A stretch of DNA of 64,000 nucleotides, taken from assembly GCA_965649825.1 (NCBI GenBank), contig OZ287700.1:992001-1056000 (forward strand), read 5' to 3'. Both the position numbers and the translations under genes were made by a program. Positions 49,701-60,997 of the stretch are shown here, piece after piece. The notes under the pieces were generated by a model, which had not been told where the DNA came from, made no database searches, and was given only the letters and a program-made list of their open reading frames with translations. Each line of letters starts with the position of its first letter. Positions within the stretch are counted from its first letter, which is position 1. Source of the stretch: Penicillus capitatus. Taxonomy: Eukaryota > Plantae > Chlorophyta.

Positions 49701-50523
49701 AGCAAATAATGAATGATCACTGTCGGACGGACATTCCCCTCTGGAACCTCTTTTTCGGAACCTACCGATGGAAAAACACTCGATGCTTGTTATAATGAGA
49801 GATCGAGCGAATGCGTGATACCTCCTGATTTCGAAGGAGGTGCATCTGCCTTTGTGTCGTGAAGATCGATGACTTCTGTGATCTCGCACGATTGATGCGG
49901 TACAAAGAAGTCTCCTTTTTCTGAAGATAAATTCGCTAATGGAAGCGCCTGCGTTGTCGAAGCATTGGTTTTGATGAGAGATTGTCGACGGGAGAGCGCG
50001 TCATCGTCATCTGTCGCCACGTCGATTCGGACCGCGGACGACGCGATTTCGGTTGCGTCATCGGGGCAGTTCGCGCCAACGATCGAAGCTTCGGATCCTT
50101 CCAGAATTGTCTCCGCCGATTCCCGGCTCGATCCTAAAGAAACCTATTCGAAACATGGCCGGTTAGCCATCCTGTCGCCTATGCCAAACGCGAGAACGTT
50201 ACCGTTGACGCATCGTCAGCTCTTGAACTCAGATGCGTCATCGTCGAGGCCAGAACAATTTCTGGAAAGTTGTGGAGGACCTCTGTCTCCGCCATCACAT
50301 GAAACGTCGGAATACGCTCTTTGACAACGCCGTTGCTGTCGCTCTCTTCGCCGAGGGATTCTCTTAGCCGCGCCGCTAATGTTAAGTCGGTCTTGTTCAC
50401 GTTCTTCTGTTTCTCTTCCAAATTCGCTTCTCCGTCATTCGTCATGCGTGCAATGATCGAGTCAGGAGACGCCCATCGTCGTCGCAATCGCTCGGCATCC
50501 GTTTCCTCCTGCCAATCGCGCAC
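46776..50523 (-). CDS. Membrane protein: probable cytosolic N-terminus, hydrophobic helix, folded ectodomain, long D/E/S/P-rich stalk, TM helix and cytosolic tail; 5' end approximate
   Basis: 573-codon ORF 46776-48497 with TM WFYVGWGVCLSIVLLAAVSVVFYVY followed by RRRKKR. Ectodomain ORF 48554-49183. The hydrophobic segment WIVWFACWTILLLVILIVLSL (~49560-49630) follows a 56-nt intron. Upstream ORFs 49790-50020 and 50179-50523. Confidence 0.65.
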
Positions 50524-50829
50524 TTCGTTGCGCCTTAAGATTTTTTCAGATGGATCGAACGAACGCGATCGGGAAACGCCGACGGATGATCATTGGCCCT
50601 CGCCAAAGGCGTCGTTAACCATCGCTGCGATGACTTGGCGTGCGCCAGTCCATGCTTCTGCGAAACAATCGATCCGTCTTGTTGGCGATCCATCAAAACG
50701 GATCAATGCGATCGCGCTTATGATGAATGTCTCGGTCACATGACACAGTTACACCATGTCGATCCAGTTGAGCAGTATTTAACTCCACTCGTTTGGCTAA
50801 TGTTCATCACAGAAGAGACGAGCGGACGG

Positions 50830-51796
50830 TTATGAAGCCGCCTTAAATGAATAGAGACACAGACAGCGACAGATCACGGGTTCTTCGCAATGACATCCAG
50901 AGCGAAGACAATGGCCCATCCAGACTCGGCCACCCGGTCTCCGGGCTGCAGCAACATCCACAGAGTTACGCCCGAGAACATGAGATGCATCCTGCGTCGC
51001 AGTGCGACGTATCACTTCATCCTGACTGCATAAACTATCATCGCACTGAGTAAAGCCACAACTGTGAAGCAGTTTGCGTCGCGAAGTTACCAATCCTGTC
51101 GATCCACGATTCCGTGAACGCAACTCCATTGCGCCGTTAGTTAGTGTGGCCGATCTCCAAGAGACGGCGCGATCGAGAATGGAGTACTGCTCATCGTGGA
51201 GCATGAGCGAGGCTTCAAACTCTGACAGATTCCTGGTTTCATTCGATGCAGGTGAGCAGTAGCTTTGTCGCCCGGAGGACGATGCGGCATCGCATTCATC
51301 ATGGAATGACATTGTTTCTTGATCATTTTTGCGCGAGGTGCCACGATCTCTGCCCTCTCTTCGATCACTGCGCATCCGTCCACTGCATCTCTCCCTGTCT
51401 GCAGGGACATGCATGTCCGGTCGCTCCGATATGGCACTCAATGGGCTTTGATATCGTGCACACTTTTCCTCCCTGGCCCTTGCCTGGGGAAGCCAATCCA
51501 TCAGAGGACGGCCACTCAATAGTCCATGGATACCCTAAACATTCCTTTCACACCATCTCGCTCTACACAAGACGCAAAGATGCCCTTGCCTCTCTCTGCA
51601 GAATCTCTTCTCGCATGACGATCCACTGCGAGATCACTGATGGTAGTTGCTTGTGATATTTATTAAGAGATTCGACGATCATCATCTCTGCTATATGTCG
51701 TAATCCAAACACATGGATACGTGCCTCCCCTTCGACGGTCTGTCGACACGAATGGGCATCGATCGGTTCGATCATTAACCGTCCTCGGATATCCAC
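50830..51796 (-). CDS. Possible hypothetical protein exons
   Basis: ORFs of 229 aa (50830-51519) and 77 aa (51563-51796; VEGEARIHVFGLRHIAEMMIVESLNKY). No family recognised. Confidence 0.25.
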
Positions 51797-52909
51797 CTAG
51801 ACACACCCCATCCTTCGATCCACCCATCTTACCAATGCACACCGACGTACTTTGTCTTGGAAGATTGGAGGGATGCTACGGAACTCTATGGTATAAGAAG
51901 GACCTCTGACCGCGTCCTGGCCAAACACAACCGTCGATGGCATCCAGGAACATCTCATGGGATGACCTCATAGTACTCCAGTACGTCCTCAAATGCGAAA
52001 TCGACGAGATGGAATCGCTTCTTTAGCGCCGACGGTATGTATTTCCGCACACTTGGCCGAGTGACAACACGTACCGTATGCTTCGTTGCGTTTTCGCGCC
52101 AAGCGTCTCGAATTTCCAAGCCTCCCAATTTCAGGACCTACTCCATCGTCATGCACCACGCTATTCACACAGACCTTCGCAGTTGACGTCCACCTTTTCC
52201 TGAAGTCGCCGAAAGGCATCTGTATCTCTCTCGGTGAAATAAACATCGGCGGGGAGGGCAACGGTCGCCGTGCAGCGAAACAGAACCATCACGGCGAACC
52301 GATGATGACAGAACTGTCGTTGCCAGGCAATGTGTACGTCACGCCATCCGACGTCAGTCCATCAGTGTCAGATAAACTTCCGTCATCACCAGACACGCGC
52401 TGCATCGTTCAATTGAGCCGAGAGACGATACGCGTGGCGCTGCGACTTTCTGAGTGAGGCACTGGAGACCCAACGATAAGGACGGTTGGTGGTCGTGTTG
52501 GAGATAGGTACGCATGTAATGCGATTTTTCTTTTGCAGTACTCGGCAGTGGCATCTTTGTTGTCTTTCCGCGTCGATGGGGGTCAACGCATTACGATGCC
52601 GATGCGAAAAAAGCAAAACCGGATCGTACAGTACTCGTGCACGGACCGTTGACTGATCTTCTCCGGTACCGGGCTCATCATTATTTTAGCTATGGAAATG
52701 TCTAGTGATTAAACGACGTCTGTCGTGTTATGAGAGGCAACCCTTGCGTGAGGCCTTTTGCGTTCACCATCGGTTCAAGAAACGCGTCCCCGATCTCGGT
52801 ATAAAGGCACTTTCGTCTGTTCTTTTTGCAAAGCGTTTTTGACGACGGTTTTCGTGTTGCTATTGCGTGATCCACATTGCCTTCGTTTTATTTTTTTGCG
52901 CGTGTCTAG

Positions 52910-54109
52910 GATGGAAGAAATGGCAAGTGTCGTTGGCAGGTCCGTTGTCGAAGTGCGTCCTTTTTGCGTCGCCGCAGCGGAGAATGAAGAGGTCGAAATT
53001 CGCTTTACTCGCAGTTCCCCGCACTCGACAACATGTCGAGTGTACCTGTTGCACAGAGACATGATGCTGGAGGAACGAACTCTCGGCAAAACGGAACAGA
53101 CTATCAAGTTTGGCATCGATACGACAGATGCAGGTGTGCTTAGTGCGTGACTAGGTGGATGGCCAGAGGGTTAAGTCCTGGTATACTAAACGTCGTCACT
53201 GTGTACGAGTCTTCCGATCCTGGCGTCTACATATCTTCAGCGACTCCTGTCCCTATACTGCCAAAGGTTGCCGCTGAAGAGATGTGTGACATATTCAAGA
53301 AGACAATCGACCAGGAGACAAAATCCGACTTGTTACTGAGTAGGGATCGCGCTCTGAGTGAGATTCAGAAATCAGCTGTCCGCGAAGCCATCTGGCATGA
53401 CCATATTCGGTCTTTTGGCGTGGACCTGGATTATCTGCTCAATGACGTGGATGAAGGAAATGAGTCAGATGATGATGACGACAGTTCCTACGAAGCCATG
53501 TGCGAAAGATCGTTGATGGTATTCCGCAACCTGTTTGAATTTCTAAAGAAGTCAAGAGCACACCATACCATTCAATACCTCATTCAGGCATGCAAAGAGC
53601 ACGGAGTGATTTCATTCTACTCTCAGTACCAAAGCGAGGAAGGGACACTGAGAAACGATTCCGAGATTGCATTGTACGAATGTGCTCCCAAATGCACATC
53701 AGATTTGGTGCCCCCCAACAACGACGCCGATTCCAATGAAAACAATGATGACATGACAGAGTTCTATCGGAACTTTGGATTCCGCACCGGATTCTCATCA
53801 TCGTCATCAATTTGCCCAAACAACAACTGTCCTAGCAGTTTCGTAGAGAATGTTGATAAGAGCTCGCTGATAGAAGAAGAGACTGCATCACTATCGTCGT
53901 CATCCATGGAGCAGCTCTGCAGCTTCAACAGCTTTGATGCATTCTCTCGTGCGGGATCCTTTCGAGATAGGATCCAAACGGATGAACCCCCCGGTGGTCT
54001 CAACAACAATGCGACCAAGATACCGCCGCCCCAATCACCTTCGTCCCGCGAGCAGCATGAGGAAGGTGGGCTTCGTTTCTCTGCATCCGTCTGTGTGTCT
54101 CCCGACTGA
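52910..54109 (+). CDS. Hypothetical protein weakly resembling the Ig-like/helical C-terminal region of large SPL (SBP-box) proteins
   Basis: Two exons (intron ~53133-53154/53155 approx.). Pattern ILNVVTV..PVPILPKVAAEE..FGVDLDYLL..RNLFEFL..TIQYLIQAC. No SBP zinc domain seen nearby. Confidence refers to the gene; the family call is weaker. Confidence 0.55.
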
Positions 54110-54600
54110 ATGGTGGATCGGATGTGCTAGTGTGTTTGGCAACTCCCTGACGGACGGCTGGTCCATCCACAAGGCATTCGTTGCTGTTGCGGGGTGCACT
54201 GGTTTGATTCCAGGTGTGGCCATTCGCTCTGCGCTGTGGAATGGTTTTGAATGCCTTATATATTTCTCCGGTTTTTGGACTGATCTCTCCAATGTTGCTG
54301 TTCCCGCTGATCTTCCTGAATCAGGACCTTGTTTTGCATTATGCATGATTCATGTCCGTATGCACCTACTATCTATCGACTATTAGAGCAACTGGCAACA
54401 ATAATTGTTTTTGATTGACTGATACCAAGTCATCGAGGCGCAGATGTCACCCCTTCTTTTCAATGCCACGTTCGCATCGGCATTCTAGTCCAGTCCTGAA
54501 GCATATTTGCACTTCTTCCGTTCATTGTTTTAGTCGATATCTCAAATCCAAATGGGAAACGCTTTTATCTGTATTTAGCTGTTGGTTATTAGCATAAGCC

Positions 54601-54915
54601 AAACAACAACAACAACAATCCACCGTCAAGATGTCTGTTATAGTCTGGGCGTCTGCTAGATTTCATTGAAGACAGCCAGCCAGTCAGCCAGCCAGCCAGT
54701 CGTTCATGTTTCATTCTTTTCTTGTGGTTACTTATGCACGCTATCTCCGTTATTCAGTTCTTGTCTTTGTGTTATCGCAAACACCACCACCACCGCCGCC
54801 AGTACCGCCGCCACTAAGTTCATGAACAGCCACAGTACCAGCACTTTATGGGAATCTGTGTGTTATCGGCTGCTTGTCTGCTTGTCTGCTGCTTGTCTGT
54901 CTGTCTGTCTGTCTG
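54601..54915. repeat. Microsatellite cluster: (CAA)n, (CAGC)n, (ACC)n, (GTCT)n
   Basis: AAACAACAACAACAACAA at 54601, CAGCCAGCCAGTCAGCCAGCCAGCCAG near 54672, and GTCTGTCTGTCTGTCTGT near 54896. Confidence 0.7.
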
Positions 54916-56086
54916 TTGTCGACCCTGTTTACCTGTGTTTCGCTTTGCCAACGTCATTGTCGTCGTTGTTGCTGTTGTGCATGACCCTCTTGAATGATCC
55001 GTAGAGAAATGTAAGGGTGCAGAAATGAAAACGTCTGATGAGGTCTAACTGTCTTGCGGCCTGAGCTGCTGTTCAGTGATAATAATCCCCTGAAATAAGA
55101 ATGCCCCGCAGAGCACGGAAAGTGGAACGCGTGGTTTTCACAGACAGTGGAGCGATGTCAAAGAACGTTTTTCTGTCCCTCCCTTTTCGTTTTCTGTATA
55201 CTGTGGAAAATGGAATCTGTCCGGATTCAGTATCAAGCCATAACTGGGTTCGAGAATCACTGATCTGAAAGGAACTTTCAAGGACAACGATATGGCTGAT
55301 CGTCCGTTTTATATCCTTCAGTCAAACACCAATAAACTCCATCGACAGCTCCATTCAATAACTTGCATCTGAAGACATTCAGAGCCGTATTTAGGTTCTA
55401 TCTATCTTAAACATTGAGCATTTCTTGGTTCGATAATGCTGGGCGGGGTGAGAGTGAATTCTAAATACTGCTTGCTAAGGAAGGTGAAAGTGTGAATGCG
55501 GGATATGGTGGATGATTTTTGGTGTAACTTGAATTTTTTGTTCCTGATGGAGGTTCTCTTGACAGACCCAACTTACTACCTCACTCGCATCCGGCAATAT
55601 ATTTCTTGAGTCTGAAACTATACCATCAAAAAATAAGGCACACAAACATCTTATTGTTCATTCTGTGCACAAACAGCAACAGTAAGCAGCTTATCTATCT
55701 TTTAGCCAGTTCCCAAATGAGCTATCTTGTTGTTTGTTATCGTCATCGTTGTTTTCTATACTAGACTGTGACTATGGTTGCTCTCTGGATGAGCGTGCCC
55801 AGGTTAAGTCAAGCGCATTTCCAAATAACGATTGTGTGTGTCCGTCAAATTGAAGTGATCTAGCAATCGAGAGCTGTGTCTTCCATTTTTTATAAATGTT
55901 CTGTGTCTGCTATTTGTATGGGACAACCTCCCATCGGGCGGATTGAGGATGAGTGGGTGATCAAGAGGATGCAAATGGACCCTCGAGCGAAACAGACATG
56001 TGGATTGTTGTTGCGTCCATACTAAGCTGTGACACTGCAGGAGTCTATCTCTCTAAACCTGCATTCTTTAAATGATAATCTCGCAC

Positions 56087-56850
56087 TTAGACATGCCCCG
56101 ACACCACTTGCACACCGACCGTTCGAGAACGGGGACCATCTAACTCCACTAACAACACCGACTGCCACTGACCCAACATCAACTGACCCTTCGACACTGG
56201 AATCGTCTCAGAATTCCCCAATACCATCGACAGAAGATGCGAATGGGCATTCTCTGGTTCCTGCGCCGCCCATGCCTCCCATCCACCTGGCCAATCGACT
56301 GGGGCTTGACGCAGATGCAAGTCATTGTGCAGGTAGAAATCATTGGGTGGAGCGAGGCGCCTGTTCACAAGGACAGGATCGGTCTGTGTGCTTTCGATCG
56401 GACGTACAGCAAGAAACGACGAACATCGTCGAGCAGACGCGTCTCGTTTTCGTTGATCGTGATCGCCGTCGTTGTATGGCGTGACAGTACATGTACGGTG
56501 CCCTCCTGAACACCCAGAGCCTTGATTCTTCGACGAATCGCCGGTGTCACATCGAACAGCGAAATTCCTGGCTGCGTCTCCACCTGCACCTCGCTGTAAT
56601 CGAAAAGCGACGCCGTGCGTGCCTCGACACCATCGTCAGCCACTCCCAGTCTTTTTCCTCCGTCGATCGACCATCGATTATCCGATGTCCTCGATCGAGA
56701 TTTCTGCCGTCTCTTTTTCGATGCGATCGGATTGGCGTTCCGTTCGCATCGCTTAATCACAGAAGGTCGGATCGGCGTCGCTCGGATGACGATCGTCGAC
56801 ATCTCCGATCCTTCATTCACCACACGATCGATGCGTTTCATCATGACCGA
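56087..56850 (-). CDS. YjbQ/UPF0047 family protein with an N-terminal extension; start approximate
   Basis: EVQVETQPGISLFDVT..GTVHVLSRHTTTAITINENE|..LHND..EPENAHSHL..GNSETIPV..LMLGQWQSVLLVELDGPRSRTV. 47-nt intron at 56361-56407. Confidence 0.92.
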
Positions 56851-56924
56851 TATGATCATCATCGTTGTTTTCGTTGCCTCCGTTTCCACATCTTCTGCGC
56901 CGTCGCCATCAGCGTCTTAGATCG

Positions 56925-57933
56925 ATGGAGCGTCGTCGCACATCTTTCCTTCCCGAGAGCCTCTATACGGCATCCTCTCTAAAAATCGCATCCGCGGCTG
57001 AGGGCACGTCGGCGCTGTGGCGCGGCGTCAAGCCCTTTGCCAATGGCGGCATGAGTGGGATGATGGCGACATGCATCATTCAGCCCATCGATATGGTCAA
57101 AGTCCGCATTCAGCTCGGCGCCCAGGGGAATCCCTTCTCCGTCGGGTCTCAGATCGTCCGGTCGGATGGCGTTCTCGGACTCTACAGGGGTCTAAGTGCA
57201 GGACTCCTGCGCCAAGCAACCTACACCACGGCTAGACTGGGCATCTTCAACACCCTCAGCGCTCGACTCAGGGAATGGAATCAAGGAGCGAATCTGCCTC
57301 TGTGGGTCAAGGCATGCTGCGGATTGACATCAGGTGGATTGGCCGCCATCGTTGGGACGCCAGCCGATCTCACCCTCATCCGCATGCAAGCAGACAACAC
57401 ACTGCCGCCGGAGCAGAGACGCAATTACAAAGGCATTGGAGATGCCTTTGTGCGCATTGTGCGAGAAGATGGTGTGATCGGTCTTTTCAGAGGAGCTGGA
57501 CCGACGGTCGTCCGTGCCATGGCTCTGAACATGGGCATGTTGGCAGCAAACGATCAGGTATGGCCCGTCTTCTCCTTATGGGATGCTGATGGAGTGGATC
57601 AAGGCACGTGAGATGCTGGTCGATGCAGGATTTGAGAAAGGAGGCAATGTTGTGATTCTGGGAGGTTCTTGCATCTCTGGATTCTTTGCTGCATTCTGCA
57701 GCTTGCCGTTTGACTTCATTAAGACAGGAATGCAGAAGATGACACCCAATCCAGATGGCACGATGCCGTACAAAGGACCGCTCGACTTTGCAGGTCAGAC
57801 CATGCGAAATCACGGCCCTCTGAAATTCTACACGGGCTTTCCCACATACCTATTCCGTATTGCACCCCATGTCGTTTTCACTCTCATATTCTTGGACACA
57901 ATTCAGTACTTTCAAAAGAAAGCCGGATTCTGA
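56925..57933 (+). CDS. DTC: Mitochondrial dicarboxylate/tricarboxylate (2-oxoglutarate/malate-type) carrier
   Basis: Three carrier repeats with signature motifs PIDMVKVR, PADLTLIR and PFDFIKTG, plus RQATYTTARLG and RIAPH. 46-nt intron at 57558-57603. Confidence 0.93.
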
Positions 57934-58048
57934 TGACGACGATGGACGAAGGAAATGAGAATTCCTTTAAAGATGCCCAACGCAGATGCGTTGTTCATAA
58001 TCGGTGATGCAGATGATGATCTCATGTGATCCGTTTGATCTTCTTTCT

Positions 58049-59100
58049 CTACTCTTCGAGTGCGTCGATAAAATTCTGGACAATCTGTTTTCCGTAGTCT
58101 GTGAGAATGCTTTCCGGATGAAACTGCACGGCTTGCAAGTGTCGCCATTCCTTATGCCGAATGCCCATAATCGTACCATCGCTTGTCCACGCTGTCACCT
58201 CCAACTCTTCTGGACATGAAGACTTTTCGACGACGAGGCTGTGATAACGGGCCGCTTCGAAAGGACTACGTCACATCATATCTCTCATCTCCCGGGGCAA
58301 CGGAGATGGATCATCTACTTGGGGATGCCTTTCAGGAGGCCTTCATCTAAATGGTGCACAGCAGACGATCGCCCATGCATGACTCCGTAAGGAGATCGAA
58401 TGATCACACCTAACGTTAGAGATCGAGATCATCATCGGATCGATCACGATGACGGTACGATACCTCCAAACACTTGTGCCATGCATTGGAGTCCCATACA
58501 GACACCCATGATCGGAATGTCTGGTCCCAATTCTTTGATGACATCCATCGACACCCCTGAATCTTCGGGTCGACCTGATCACACAGATCGCGTGCTCTTA
58601 GGAGAAGCTGTCAGGAAGCTTTCGTTGAAACCAGGTCCGGGAGAGATGAGGATTCCACGCGGTTTCATTTTCTTGATCTCGCCTACAGACTTGGCATCGT
58701 TGTAGACGACGGTGTGATGGCAGCCCAATTCGCCCATGTACTGCATCAGCATCGCCGAATCGTATTTTTCGAGAAACGTCATCGAAGGTACCTGGGAAAG
58801 GTTGTAGGTAAAACTATCGTAGTTATCGATTACCACCACCGTCCCTAGATCGATCGACGAGCTTTCCGACGTCGCAGCCGACTCTATCGCCGCGCATTGT
58901 GTCGTCAATGCCGACTTTGAGCCGGCCTCCCGTCGATTGATTCCGACCCGAGGGCTTTCGATCGGAAAAACTCCGTTCCTGACACTCTCTGCCGGCGGTC
59001 GTCGACAGAGAGATGCGATTTGACGATGGGCAGCGGTACATCGTTCGGAGCGTCTTATCGGAGACGTGACGCGGAAAGACGTCCCACGAGACATGAACAT
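58049..59100 (-). CDS. trpG: Anthranilate synthase beta subunit (class I glutamine amidotransferase) with a plastid-transit-like leader
   Basis: Spliced [16 protein letters not shown]|[14 protein letters not shown]|[45 protein letters not shown]-stop. The catalytic Cys/His/Glu residues are present. Confidence 0.95.
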
Positions 59101-59313
59101 CGAGAATCTGCTGAGGTGTCTCTATTGTCGTACGGTATCGAATCGGCGCGTCGTCGATCATCGTCGTCGATCGTGCTTCTCCATCGATGAATCCCTCTGA
59201 GCGTGTTCTCTCTCCTTTTGTCGTTGTCTTCTGCAATCTGCCGACGAAAAAGGAAGACGGGAAGCTTGTCTGTTCATACTCCAATAAGGATCTTACGGCC
59301 TTGATTCGCGACT

Positions 59314-60840
59314 TTGCCGGAAATCTCAAAAACACGGGTACGGACGCAGCCATACGCAAAAGCGTATATACGAATCCTGAACGATATTTTAGTCAAAGTG
59401 GTGTACACCAAGAACGGGGTAGTCACATACAAAGGCGCTGCTTATGCTTACGCCGTTTTCAGAGAATACTATGACGCCTATGCCGTATGCGACGGTAAGG
59501 GAACAGATCGGAGAGTGTCATGCGTCAAGACGGGAATCATTCGTGTAGCTTTGGAGAGTAGAGAAATGGGTCGCCGTCAATACGATCAGTACATGAGCGA
59601 GCGCAATCTTTCGCTTCTTGCAGAGGAAGATAAAGTTTTTGGGTGGCTGGCGACGAGAGAGGATTTTAGACGGCTTGTGAGCCACGGCGTCAAAGATCTC
59701 AAAACCTTCAGAGAAACAACGATCGGTGCCATCATGGAAGAGAAGCAGAATCGAAAAGCACGCATCGATCAACAGTACAGCCAACAGCGCCCGGAATGCT
59801 GTCACATCATTGTCTGTGATTGGACAGGTCCGAAGTCTTGCGCAAAGAGATCAAGCGACTGGACTTACTGCTAGATGAACAGAGGAACGCCGTGGAGAAA
59901 GCGGCTCGAGATTTAGCAGGTGCTCAAGCAGACGACCTTGCCGCCAGGAGTTGCATCCAAGACGAGCGACGAGCGAAGGAGGAGCAGCTCGAACGCGAGA
60001 GACTGAAATGGGATGAAGAGATCAAGGAGGCGAATCGCCAGGTCTATTGAGGAGGGAGAAAACGATACCGACAGGCCCTGTGTGTAGATAGAGGAGATGC
60101 AGCGCTCGAAGGGGCATCAGAAATATGAATGGCAGCAGATTACGAAGCAAATGATTCGATTGAAGGCTCTGCAAGATCAACATCGCCGTGCAAAGGCAGA
60201 GAAGGAGAAGTTTGATCTACAATGCCGCTTGGAAGATACCGAATTCAAGAAGTCACATCACGCACTCATGTAAGGCCTTTGACAGGACGCTGTGTAGACT
60301 CGCTGAAATGGCACGAAAAGAACAGCAGCAACGTACGGCGGCTAAGAAAAAATTTGCCGAGATGTTGGAGAAGAAAAGGGTGTTTGACAATCAGATCCGG
60401 AAGCGAAAGGTAAACAGCTGTTCTTTATGGGGCGTGTTGGAGGGTCTGCTGATTTTGCTCAGACGGTGGCGGCGCTGAGGGCAGAGGGTGTCTATATGGA
60501 AGAGAGTGAATGTCCGGTGTGCATGTACACGTTTACGGAGATCATGAGTCACGAAAAACAGAGGGAAGCGGGTATCTCTATGGAGCAATTCCGAGAACTC
60601 AACAAGAAAGAGAGCGATGATCATCATTGCTGGCGAAACATAGTCATACCGTGTATGCATGCCAAAGTAGACATGTTCTCCATACTGAATAACGGTTAAG
60701 ATGGCTGGAATGCATGACAGGTATGTGGAGGCTGCCTGTATCAGCGTGAACTGCATGCCATAGAGAAGAAAAAGAAGCACACGTGCGTGCAATGCAGAGG
60801 CGATGTCGAACGATACATGCCAGCCCGTATCACAAGCTAA
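59314..60840 (+). CDS. Multi-exon coiled-coil protein with a C-terminal RING-like Cys/His cluster; start approximate
   Basis: Charged heptad ORFs 59314-59874, 59820-60050 and 60188-60478. CPVC..PCMH..ECM..CVQCRGDVERY-ending frame, with TAA near 60838-60840. Exact splicing of the RING is unresolved. Confidence 0.55.
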
Positions 60841-60997
60841 CCAATAAGGCTTGTCTATAAGGACAGCATCGAAGAGGGCTCTTTTACTGAGCGATGATAA
60901 ATGGGAAGAAAGATTTCTCCCTTTGAAAACCTCAAAATGTGTTAAGATCGTTTACAGAATCTCTCGTGCAATTTTGGCCGTCAAGGATCGCTGGTGA

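Larger units (their letters stand above)
35302..49705. repeat. Segmental duplication copy B
   Basis: Colinear direct-orientation paralog of 1-13985. It contains 650 bp (46871-47520) that copy A lacks. Confidence 0.97.

Noticed and set aside
55000-56000. Possible decayed gene in the AT-richer stretch
   Set aside because: Only short interrupted frames with no identifiable motif.
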